IMG/VR virus record: IMGVR_UViG_3300027733_000040 | Span: 32,989 to 96,988 of that record | Reading direction: 5' to 3' (one strand) | Source: a virus | DNA: 64,000 bases | Shown: in pieces, positions 1 through 8,621 of the stretch | How positions within the stretch are numbered: position 1 is the first letter of the stretch | Layout: every line of letters begins with the position of its first letter | Program-made: the position numbers and the translations under genes | The notes under the pieces: model-generated | What the model was told of the DNA's origin: nothing | The model's database searches: none | The model's input: only the letters and a program-made list of their open reading frames with translations

Positions 1-34
1 TCATCGCTAATAGATTTGTTACGATTTGCTTCAT
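1..34 (-). CDS. partial CDS running off the window start (MKQIVTNLLAM...)
   Basis: ATG at 34-32 preceded by AAGGA; follows the stop of the acetyltransferase gene in the same minus-strand run. Confidence 0.5.
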   Translation of the reverse strand, partial: MKQIVTNLLAM

Positions 35-43
35 TTTTTTCCT

Positions 44-550
44 TTATGAGTGCGCTGCTATAAAATTGTCAATATTTTCGCTCATCAATTGATGAGCATT
101 GTCGATTATCTTTTGTTCATTCCAATTCCACCATTTAATATTTAACAGTTTTTTGATCTGTTCGTCTGTAAATCTTTTCCTAATTATTTTAGCTGGTGAT
201 CCAACTGCTATGGTGTATGGCGGTATGTCCTTTGTTACTATTGATCTAGCCCCGATCACGGCACCATCGCCTATTGTCACTCCGCTCATTATCATACATC
301 CTTCGCCTATCCACACATCGTTTCCGATGTGTATATCTCCTCTACATACTGGGTGACCGGCTAGATGAGCACAATTCTTTAGCTTTTCATTTAATGGATA
401 AGTCGTGATAAACTTAGTGTTATGGCCAAAACCACCATCGCAGATACAGCCATCGGCTATAGAGCTATAATTTCCTATCGTTATGCTATTAAGGGTCCCA
501 CGTCTAATAATGCTTTCATATGATCCTTGCCCTATTTTTAAATCGCCCAC
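44..550 (-). CDS. CatB/Vat-like hexapeptide-repeat O-acetyltransferase (likely sugar acetyltransferase)
   Basis: IHIGNDVWIG..IMSGVTIGDGAVIGARSIVTKDIPPY..VGSPAKIIRKRF..WWNW, the XAT left-handed beta-helix signature. Confidence 0.85.
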   Translation of the reverse strand: MGDLKIGQGSYESIIRRGTLNSITIGNYSSIADGCICDGGFGHNTKFITTYPLNEKLKNCAHLAGHPVCRGDIHIGNDVWIGEGCMIMSGVTIGDGAVIGARSIVTKDIPPYTIAVGSPAKIIRKRFTDEQIKKLLNIKWWNWNEQKIIDNAHQLMSENIDNFIAAHS

Positions 551-580
551 TTCTTTTCCCCATATTTATGATAAAGATAA

Positions 581-1387
581 TTACTTACAAAAATCTTCTT
601 TCAATATATCGACTGTCGCTTTCCAGTCTTCGACTAAACCGAAATCTTCAATCACCGTATACCATTCGGCATCGACTTCTTTATTTAATAACCCAAAGCA
701 GCCGACTAATTTTTTTACGTATTTGCTATATTTAAGGATGAATTCAAGTTTATTACTATCGTCATATTTTATTGCGTCTGCCAGTGCGCTTGGCGACCCC
801 CACGTTTTAGCATGCTGCTTTAATTTCTTTGCCCATATCTGTGGCGATAAATAGCCTATATCATGGCACGCGATATTGTCATGGTGTTTATAATTCTCGT
901 TGTTATGGGGGTCTGCAGACAAATAGGCACCATCCTGCACAAACCTTTCTTTACAATCCCTATTTAGCAAAACAGCACCAAAGTGGGAAATGCCGCATTT
1001 AATATATAGTTTAACGTGTTGGATTTTAAAACAGAGGCTGCTCGCCGTTGGATTAGAAATATATTCATGGATCTGTCTAATACCTTCAATACTAAACAAG
1101 ATGTCGGCCTGTAATGATAGTATGAAATCTGGTTTGAGCATATTAAAAGTATTTTCCAGACATTTATTCTGGGCTGCTGCTATATCTTGAGGATTCTTAA
1201 TCTTTTTATCGATGTTTATAATTTGCACTTTAGGCGTATTACTTAGAGTATCTTTTAGAATATTGTAACTGATATCGTCACCACCATATACCATGAATTG
1301 GTCTACAAAAGTTAGATTACGCATAATATATGATACAGGGTATTCTATAACTTGTTGGTTGTCGACATAGATATTACATGCTAACAT
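581..1387 (-). CDS. putative glycosyltransferase (GT-A-like)
   Basis: N-terminal Rossmann-like strands, QAD (DxD-like) motif, C-terminal HDIGY; lies among sugar-modifying genes. Confidence 0.5.
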   Translation of the reverse strand: MLACNIYVDNQQVIEYPVSYIMRNLTFVDQFMVYGGDDISYNILKDTLSNTPKVQIINIDKKIKNPQDIAAAQNKCLENTFNMLKPDFILSLQADILFSIEGIRQIHEYISNPTASSLCFKIQHVKLYIKCGISHFGAVLLNRDCKERFVQDGAYLSADPHNNENYKHHDNIACHDIGYLSPQIWAKKLKQHAKTWGSPSALADAIKYDDSNKLEFILKYSKYVKKLVGCFGLLNKEVDAEWYTVIEDFGLVEDWKATVDILKEDFCK

Positions 1388-1962
1388 GTGATTGCCTTTT
1401 TTGCTGTTAGATCGGTATCGGTTATTGCAAGCTCATAGCCTAAGTTTTTTAAATATGCACAGACACCATCAAATTTAGGCCCACGCTTAAAAACACCGTC
1501 TGAATGTGCAATTTCGAAGTGGATATGATCCACAGGTGTCAGAGAGAGATCAAGGCTCATAACAATATCGATGTCTTGCCCCTCAGCATCGATGAAGAGA
1601 TAATTTAGATCGTGGATATTATGTTTAGATAATAATTCGGTTAGTGTCATATTCGGTACTTCATTAGACACTATTCTATCTTCCGGACAACCGTGATCAA
1701 TTAAATGCTTACTATTTAGTGTGCTAGTCTCATAATCATAGCCGTGATGAAAGTAGATGGTTTCGGTTTTTTTTAGCGAGTTACTTATAATGCAGTTTTC
1801 AATAATAACATTTTGTATGTCTTTGTAGCAGTTCGACAGTCTTTCTAAAACATATATTATAGGTTCGACTAATATTATTTTATCGAATTGCTCAGCATGT
1901 TCCTTAATTAGCTCAGTAACGTGGTCGTTTCCGCGGTTAGCGCCAATCTGTACAAGATTCAT
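1381..1962 (-). CDS. FkbM family methyltransferase
   Basis: VQIGANRG SAM-binding motif, LVEP, LFIDAEGQD, IHFE. Confidence 0.85.
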   Translation of the reverse strand: MNLVQIGANRGNDHVTELIKEHAEQFDKIILVEPIIYVLERLSNCYKDIQNVIIENCIISNSLKKTETIYFHHGYDYETSTLNSKHLIDHGCPEDRIVSNEVPNMTLTELLSKHNIHDLNYLFIDAEGQDIDIVMSLDLSLTPVDHIHFEIAHSDGVFKRGPKFDGVCAYLKNLGYELAITDTDLTAKKAITC

Positions 1963-2152
1963 AGTACAAATTCCTTTTTAAAAGCAGACGATACTATAAC
2001 TTAATATATTTGAGCAATTTCAGACAAACGGCTTAATACCGCCGATGGTTAAACGACGATCGAATGGTAATTATTATATGTCCAGCGATGACTTATAATT
2101 CATATGGGCGTATTGTTATTAATGGAGTCTATTCTTCTTTCTAAGGATCATC

Positions 2153-2905
2153 ATGAAAATACTCGGCTTTGTACCGCTGCACTATGGCGCAGAATATTTA
2201 GACTTATGTTTAGATTCTTTAAAGCCTTTTTGCGACAAGGTTTATGTATCATATTCAAAGAAAGCCTCACATGGCCACACACCTCTTCTTAATGGCAAAT
2301 TGGCACAATGCCCAGATTCTAGAGATACTATTTTCAATATTGCTCATAAAAATCTTGGCGATAAACTAATCTGGGAAGAAGCAGATTCTTATCCTAGGGA
2401 AGCTTCCCATAGACATTCTGTTTATAATCATGTGGCCGGTTACGACATGATCGTTACTGCTGATTCTGATGAAGTAATAGATAAAGACACCTTTATGGAA
2501 GGTGTTAAAATGGCTTACGATGGCCCACACCGACTTTACGGGACATCTAATTATATTAATTTTTGGAGATCTTTTAACCACGTTGTAAAGGACGGTTTCA
2601 GCCCTATTAGGATGTTTAATCTCAGGCGGTCTGGGGGCCAAGGTCATGGTTTACCGACTAAGATATACCATTTTGGCACTTGCCAACGCAAAGAAATTAT
2701 GGAGTATAAATATTTGTGTCATGGCCATAAAGACGAATTGCGGCCTAATTGGTTAAAAGAAGTCTATTATGGCTGGACGCCAGATAATCAAATCCAAAAT
2801 CTCCATCCAGTTGCAAATGGTATTTGGAATGCTGAAGCAATCGATAAGAATGCTCTTCCTGATTATATTAAATCACATCCGAATTTTATGAAAGATCTCG
2901 TTTAA
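2153..2905 (+). CDS. glycosyltransferase family 2-like protein
   Basis: N-terminal YGAEYLDLCLDSL, DSDE (DxD) motif, C-terminal IYHFG. Confidence 0.7.
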   Translation: MKILGFVPLHYGAEYLDLCLDSLKPFCDKVYVSYSKKASHGHTPLLNGKLAQCPDSRDTIFNIAHKNLGDKLIWEEADSYPREASHRHSVYNHVAGYDMIVTADSDEVIDKDTFMEGVKMAYDGPHRLYGTSNYINFWRSFNHVVKDGFSPIRMFNLRRSGGQGHGLPTKIYHFGTCQRKEIMEYKYLCHGHKDELRPNWLKEVYYGWTPDNQIQNLHPVANGIWNAEAIDKNALPDYIKSHPNFMKDLV

Positions 2906-4720
2906 ATGTTAGAAATCAAATCGGTTAAGTGGCGTAATTTTCTTTCATATGGTGATTATGAATCGGTATTATCTCTTGAGGATCCTGGGAGCTGCTTAAT
3001 AACAGGTGAAATAGATTCTGGCAATTCGCCCCAAGTCGGCTCAGAAGATATTCGCAAATCTAATGGTTCTGGTAAGAGTTCTATTCCAAATGTCGTATTG
3101 TGGGGCCTATTTGGCCGTACCATGCACGCTTCGTCAGCTGGTGATTCGATCATTAATCACTTTACTGGCAAGACTTGCGAAGTTATAATCGATTTTAAAA
3201 ACGGTGATCAAATTATCAGGCGTCGTCAAAAAGGCGGCACTACGGAAGTGTTGTTTAGTAGAGATGGCGATGAAACTAGGATTTCAGCCGACACCGTTTC
3301 TACATCTAAAGCCATGCAATCGCAGCTTAATAAGACCTTCAATCTCGACTATGATATATTTTGTGGTAGTGTTTTCTTTAATCAATATGGCCGTTCGTGG
3401 ATGGAAATGAGCGAAGTCGCGAGGAAAAAGGCTTTAGAAAAAATTCTAAGAGTCGATAGGTTTAGCTTCTATGCCAAAATTGCTAAAGCTAAATCTGACA
3501 ATGCTCAATTTCTTTTTACAAATTTTAAATCTAAAATTATAGACCTTGAAGCCAACAGAGATAGGACGATAAGTGATATCCAGTCTTATCGCGAAGAAAG
3601 TGGCGCCTATGAAATCAAGAGAGCCAAAAGGATATCTGATATAGATGCTATGATCGCTACTGTCAATGAAAAGATGAATAAGATAACCATACCAGATATA
3701 GATAAGTTAACCGAAAAGTGGAAGTTAATAGAAAAGATTAAAGCTGAAATCGATAGATTAAAATCTGAAGATGCTGGACATTTTAGAACTATCGCTACCA
3801 TAGAATCGAATATAGCCGTCTTAAAAAAGCGACGCGATGAGGTTAACAAGCTACAGGGCAAGAGTTGTGTCGCTTGCCAACAATCTATACCATCAAGCAT
3901 GATAACAAATAATCTTGACAAGATTGAAAAAGAGTTAACTACATTTGGTGTGCAATTAGCCGATGCTACCGCCGCTAGAGAAGAGAGCAATAAGGTTATT
4001 AAGAAGTACGAGACTATGTTATCGGCTAAAATACCTAACATCACCATTATGGAAGCTAATAACCTATCAACCATAGTTTTAAATTATAAAGCTGAAATCA
4101 AAAGATTAATGGCGCTACGGGCAGAGACCGAGACCGACAGCGACCCTAATCAGACAATCATAGAGAGGCTAGAAAGTAGGTTAAAAGATATCCTCGACAA
4201 TATTTTAAAACACAAAAGCGATTTAGAAGATATTACGGTGTTAGATAAGCATTATACTTATTTATATAAATCTTATAATGACAGAAATAAAGTAAAAAGC
4301 TTTATGTGTGAAGAGCATCTTCCTTATATTAATTCTCGCCTAGAACATTATTTAGGCATTTTAGGTCTAGATATTAAGATAAAGATCGAGAACGATCTTA
4401 GAATCACAAGTAACATGTGGGGCTATGAATATCAGTCAGGCGGCGAAAGAAAAAGGACAGATCTTGCATTTATGCTTGCGTCTTATGATTTTTATGAAGT
4501 AATGTATGGTAGGCAATGTAATTTGATGGTTTTAGATGAGGTCGATGGCAGGATGGATGAGGATGGGATAGAAGGTCTGATAAGTATCATAAGAAATGAT
4601 TTATCATCAAGAATAGACAACATATTAATTATCTCACACCGTAACCAAATGTTTGATGTTTTTGACAGAGAACTAAAGGTAAAAAGGATTAACAGATTTT
4701 CTATACTATCTGGAAATTAA
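2906..4720 (+). CDS. gp46/SbcC/Rad50-like recombination endonuclease ATPase subunit
   Basis: WRNFLSYG, Walker A SNGSGKS, coiled coil with CVAC zinc hook, signature SGGE, Walker B LMVLDE, ISH loop. Confidence 0.92.
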   Translation: MLEIKSVKWRNFLSYGDYESVLSLEDPGSCLITGEIDSGNSPQVGSEDIRKSNGSGKSSIPNVVLWGLFGRTMHASSAGDSIINHFTGKTCEVIIDFKNGDQIIRRRQKGGTTEVLFSRDGDETRISADTVSTSKAMQSQLNKTFNLDYDIFCGSVFFNQYGRSWMEMSEVARKKALEKILRVDRFSFYAKIAKAKSDNAQFLFTNFKSKIIDLEANRDRTISDIQSYREESGAYEIKRAKRISDIDAMIATVNEKMNKITIPDIDKLTEKWKLIEKIKAEIDRLKSEDAGHFRTIATIESNIAVLKKRRDEVNKLQGKSCVACQQSIPSSMITNNLDKIEKELTTFGVQLADATAAREESNKVIKKYETMLSAKIPNITIMEANNLSTIVLNYKAEIKRLMALRAETETDSDPNQTIIERLESRLKDILDNILKHKSDLEDITVLDKHYTYLYKSYNDRNKVKSFMCEEHLPYINSRLEHYLGILGLDIKIKIENDLRITSNMWGYEYQSGGERKRTDLAFMLASYDFYEVMYGRQCNLMVLDEVDGRMDEDGIEGLISIIRNDLSSRIDNILIISHRNQMFDVFDRELKVKRINRFSILSGN

Positions 4721-4730
4721 ATATAATTAT

Positions 4731-5282
4731 ATGGACACACAAGACATAGATCTGATCAAGCATTTTGCGAATACCGAAACGGTTAGGCGCAAATTAATTC
4801 GCTATTTTATCGGAAAAGGGTTCGTCGATTCATTCGACAGATTAGTATATCCTCCGCTTTTGCAGGATCTTGCATTCGATCCAGATATTTGTTTAATTAA
4901 TAAAGTCGAAGTGGTGCCCTATGCCGCCGAGATCGATACATCTTTAGGCAGAGCCGTAATTGGCTGGAATCTATTTGTTCTTGGTAACAAGAGAATGTTT
5001 CTAGGTGAGACTTTCCATAACAATTTAAACGATTTAGCAAGACAAATAAAATCAGGTATTATCACAAAGTCGGCAAATGGTATGTCTGGCGCAAGACGTC
5101 AAACAACCGTTTTTAAGATCATTAAGTTTATCACCGACGTGCTTGCAGCCCATGAATCCGGCTACGTCGTTCTTGGGGCACCCAACAGGATGCCAAAACA
5201 ACCTGGTGAACCATATGCCGCACGGCAAACTATGATGGGCATGCCCAATCAGTTCTTTGGCCGCACGGCTATGGGTATTTAA
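4731..5282 (+). CDS. hypothetical protein
   Basis: 183 aa ORF fills the space between gp46 and a convergent gene. Confidence 0.7.
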   Translation: MDTQDIDLIKHFANTETVRRKLIRYFIGKGFVDSFDRLVYPPLLQDLAFDPDICLINKVEVVPYAAEIDTSLGRAVIGWNLFVLGNKRMFLGETFHNNLNDLARQIKSGIITKSANGMSGARRQTTVFKIIKFITDVLAAHESGYVVLGAPNRMPKQPGEPYAARQTMMGMPNQFFGRTAMGI

Positions 5283-5648
5283 TTATTTTAAAAATTTTAA
5301 TTTATAAATGGTTTTATACATCAGGGAACTTATCTCCTGCATAATATTTCCGAGATGCCCGCATCCTTCCGGCATTTTCTCTGAAATTTTTGATACTTCT
5401 GATGCAAAAGATTCGAGGTATTCTACAATGTCCGTGTACTCTAGAAATAATTTATCTATTGGTTCTATTAATCCGAATTGTCCTTGATAGGTTTCAATTA
5501 ATTCGTCTGTTAATCCTAGCAATCCGTCATATAGTTCATTCAATGCTATATGTGCTGAAAACATATCTGTCTTTAAATGTTCATTATGCGCGATCTGCCT
5601 TGTCGAAAACAATTTAATGAACATCTTTTGCATTAAACCCTTGTCCAC
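5283..5648 (-). CDS. ferritin/Dps-like four-helix protein (DUF5856-like)
   Basis: AHNEHLKT..AHIALNELYD..DELIETYQG..LGNIMQEI..YKL pattern; AAGGAG before the GTG start. Confidence 0.75.
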   Translation of the reverse strand: MDKGLMQKMFIKLFSTRQIAHNEHLKTDMFSAHIALNELYDGLLGLTDELIETYQGQFGLIEPIDKLFLEYTDIVEYLESFASEVSKISEKMPEGCGHLGNIMQEISSLMYKTIYKLKFLK

Positions 5649-5697
5649 AGTATTCTCCTTATTAGTAGTAAATAATGTTATTTACCGAGGGCTGATA

Positions 5698-6312
5698 TTG
5701 GTAAGTCACATTATTTTGGCAAATTGTTCTGTAGAGTATGACGGTAGAGGCCTAAGCAATTTATCGAGCGGTGTCTACCTAATTGTTATTAAAGCCGATG
5801 CGTCGTTGCAGATACACACATCGAGGCTTATAAAGCCTATTAACTATATGGCGGCTGGGTCTAGAATCGATTTCGATGGCGATAATATAATAGCGAGGAA
5901 TCGATCAGAAACGATAAAAATCAAGATAAGCAATACGATTCATTCATTTAGCCCTGCCGAGTGGCACGATAATAAGATACAGATGCTAAGGACTGAAGCT
6001 GAATTAGTCCAGAAGTTACTTGTCGAACTTAATGCCGATTATCCAAACGATGAATATATTCAAGAGTATGACACAAAATCGCTTGGTTTAATCGATCTTG
6101 TTAGAATCGATTCTTTTTCAGTTTATCATTCTTATGAAGTTAAAAGGAAAAAGGCATCTATAGCTAATGTTTCACAGGCCATAAGATACGTAGAATATTT
6201 ATCAGCTATTAATAAGAAATGTGTAGGATATATAGTGGCTCCAAGTATTACTGAGAATGCTTTGGAATACGCCGAAAGTAAACATATAATAGTCAAGATA
6301 ATTGACTTCTGA
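5698..6312 (+). CDS. nucS: NucS/EndoMS mismatch-specific endonuclease homolog
   Basis: N-terminal ANCSVEYDGR..LIVIKADASLQIH..KPINYM matches NucS; C-terminal E..IDL..EVKR..SQAIRY nuclease motif; TTG start at 5698 with GAGGG upstream (ORF track starts at 5617). Confidence 0.85.
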   Translation: MVSHIILANCSVEYDGRGLSNLSSGVYLIVIKADASLQIHTSRLIKPINYMAAGSRIDFDGDNIIARNRSETIKIKISNTIHSFSPAEWHDNKIQMLRTEAELVQKLLVELNADYPNDEYIQEYDTKSLGLIDLVRIDSFSVYHSYEVKRKKASIANVSQAIRYVEYLSAINKKCVGYIVAPSITENALEYAESKHIIVKIIDF

Positions 6313-6328
6313 AGAACACGGTGAAGTC

Positions 6329-6523
6329 ATGAAAGGCAAAAAAGTAAAATGTCTGGGATGGTGTGGCGGGACACTTGTTAGTAATGACCCTGGCGTTAGA
6401 TATTGCAAACAGTGCAGAAAAAAAAGAGACCACACAGAGTTATCAGCCAGAGACGAACGCAGATTCATCGGCGATGATAATATAATCATCCCTGATGGCC
6501 ATGATGATCATTGGTTTAAATAA
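6329..6523 (+). CDS. small zinc-finger protein
   Basis: CLGWC...CKQC cysteine pairs. Confidence 0.6.
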   Translation: MKGKKVKCLGWCGGTLVSNDPGVRYCKQCRKKRDHTELSARDERRFIGDDNIIIPDGHDDHWFK

Positions 6524-6534
6524 GGTGTAATAAT

Positions 6535-7473
6535 ATGGCAAGTTCAGGTGTATGTGCCGCTGCTTATTGTAATGAGAGCCCAGCTACCACTCCTAAAGAT
6601 TTCGAAAGAAAATATGGGTTTAAAATAGCTCTTTGCCAGACTCATTTCGACGAATTCTTTACTAAATTCTCCAAAAAGGGTAATAATTTTTTATCGACTG
6701 GCGCAGCTAATAATCCTTTTGGAGGCAATCTAAATATATTTGGGATACTTGCAAATGCTTTATCACACTTTACGACTGAGGATAAATCAGAAAAATTAGT
6801 CTGCATTTTGTCTATGAAGTTTAAAAAGAATTTAGGACCACAGATAAAGACCCTTATCTCCAGCGCTACTCAATCGCAAGAAGATTTAGCTCCAGGGACC
6901 ACATCCGTGCATTCTTCTGCCTCTCTTAATAGCCAATGGTGGCAGGCTTTCTTTAAAACTGTGGGTATTACTCAGCCGAACAACCAGAAATGGATTATTC
7001 AATATGCTGCTAATAATAGTAAAAGCATTAAAGAATCAATAAATGAAGCCACAGATGTAGATGAAGACGTAGATGAAGACGAAACGGAACAAAAGCCTAA
7101 AAGATCTTGGTCCGATTGGGCTAAAGAAAAAGCCAAAGGGGCTAAGGACCTCCTTGATGCTGGTCCTAGCGGTAAATTCGGTAGAAGTAAAAATGAATTG
7201 GTCGCAAAATTGGCTATTGATGGTGCTGTACAGGTTTATGACAAGGTAATTAATTCTATTTTAGGGACCGTAGATCTTCAAGAAAAGGATATTCCGGCAC
7301 TGTATAAGATATATAATGATTATATATTGCCTACTCTTCAAAAGAATAAAAAATTTGGTAAAGCCGACGCAAGTGCTTTGGCTGGCGGCGATAAAAAATT
7401 AGAGGCAGACATTATAAAATCTTATAAAGGCATTACCCAACTGGCTACTCATCTTAGATTAGAGCCTATCTAA
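6535..7473 (+). CDS. hypothetical protein
   Basis: 312 aa ORF with an acidic linker; AAGG upstream. Confidence 0.7.
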   Translation: MASSGVCAAAYCNESPATTPKDFERKYGFKIALCQTHFDEFFTKFSKKGNNFLSTGAANNPFGGNLNIFGILANALSHFTTEDKSEKLVCILSMKFKKNLGPQIKTLISSATQSQEDLAPGTTSVHSSASLNSQWWQAFFKTVGITQPNNQKWIIQYAANNSKSIKESINEATDVDEDVDEDETEQKPKRSWSDWAKEKAKGAKDLLDAGPSGKFGRSKNELVAKLAIDGAVQVYDKVINSILGTVDLQEKDIPALYKIYNDYILPTLQKNKKFGKADASALAGGDKKLEADIIKSYKGITQLATHLRLEPI

Positions 7474-7533
7474 TACTATTCTATTTTCCTTTTTTAGTCT
7501 ATTCAAAATTACTTAAATAGGCCCTAAGAGGAT

Positions 7534-7953
7534 ATGTCAATGGATATCATTTCGATCTTTTCCATGGCTGATACAGATTGGGTTAGTATAGTCGAGAAGT
7601 TTGGTATTCCAATGGGTATTTTAGCGGCTTTTGCGTATTTTGTTGCGCAAGGCATAAGATGGTTCGGTGGCAATGTAGTGCTGCCTATGAAGGATAGGCA
7701 CATGAGTTTTTTGGATAACATGGAACACTGCTTAGATAAGATAACGGACTTGCAGACGAAAATATTCGGCGACACTTCCTCTATAAAAGCCGACATAGAC
7801 AGAGTCGAACGTAAGACTTCAGCTTTGGCAAAAGACAGTGGCATTCTTAGGGAAAAAGTAGAAGGTCTTATCATTCAGACTATGGCGCAGAATGGTAAAT
7901 ATGAAAGTAAGATTGTTAATAGTTTGCAATCTGACACAATCAAGGAGAAATAA
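7534..7953 (+). CDS. membrane protein, possible holin-like
   Basis: single N-terminal hydrophobic helix (FGIPMGILAAFAYFVAQGIRWF) followed by a coiled coil; GAGG upstream. Confidence 0.45.
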   Translation: MSMDIISIFSMADTDWVSIVEKFGIPMGILAAFAYFVAQGIRWFGGNVVLPMKDRHMSFLDNMEHCLDKITDLQTKIFGDTSSIKADIDRVERKTSALAKDSGILREKVEGLIIQTMAQNGKYESKIVNSLQSDTIKEK

Positions 7954-7956
7954 AAA

Positions 7957-8286
7957 ATGGCTATGACCCCGTTCCCAGTCGGTTTACCGACCGAAGCTAT
8001 CATGATCATTATCGATAAATTGCGTGGTAGCGAAGTTCAGAATAATGATCTTATTTTAGCAGCTTGGAATTTAGCTGGTTATTCACTTCAGCAAGTCGTT
8101 CCAATTGCGCCTAAAGCGATGGCTTTGTCAGACGTTAAATTGGACGAATTAGCTTTTTCTAATGAAGAAGCAATTGCTAGTTTAGAATCGCTTTTACCTA
8201 AAGGCGATGGAGAGGAAGTCGGTAAATTGCCATGGGGAAAAATCTTAAGAGTAGCGATAAAGGTAATCTTAGGTTTAATTATTTAA
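7957..8286 (+). CDS. hypothetical protein with C-terminal amphipathic helix
   Basis: AAGGAG RBS; ends LPWGKILRVAIKVILGLII. Confidence 0.65.
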   Translation: MAMTPFPVGLPTEAIMIIIDKLRGSEVQNNDLILAAWNLAGYSLQQVVPIAPKAMALSDVKLDELAFSNEEAIASLESLLPKGDGEEVGKLPWGKILRVAIKVILGLII

Positions 8287-8621
8287 ATAAACCAAGGCTT
8301 TTATTTGCGAAACCAGTTTTCGCCTCTAAGCCTAGATCTTCAAAGTGGAAAAAAGCAAGAGCGGTTCATCTCGAATTAAATGGAATGTGTTTGGCGTGTG
8401 GTGGTAGAGTTTCGCTTGAAGTTCACCACCTCATGCCTTACCATCTAGCCCCCGAGCTAGAATTAGATCCAAATAATCTTATTACACTATGCGAATCTGC
8501 TAGCCATTGCCATTGGACTTTCGGCCACTTGCTTAATTGGCGTAGCTATAATCCCGACGCAAAAGCAGATGCAATTGCGTTTTTCCAAAAAGTCGTAAAC
8601 CGACCAAAGATCCTAGCCTAA
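8232..8621 (+). CDS. HNH endonuclease
   Basis: CLAC..LEVHH..NNLITLC..CH beta-beta-alpha-Me motif; start position uncertain. Confidence 0.85.
   Translation: MGKNLKSSDKGNLRFNYLNKPRLLFAKPVFASKPRSSKWKKARAVHLELNGMCLACGGRVSLEVHHLMPYHLAPELELDPNNLITLCESASHCHWTFGHLLNWRSYNPDAKADAIAFFQKVVNRPKILA

Noticed and set aside
44-550. Antibiotic resistance gene (catB/vat)
   Set aside because: The XAT fold is shared with sugar O-acetyltransferases, and the gene sits among glycosyl- and methyltransferases. Resistance cannot be claimed.
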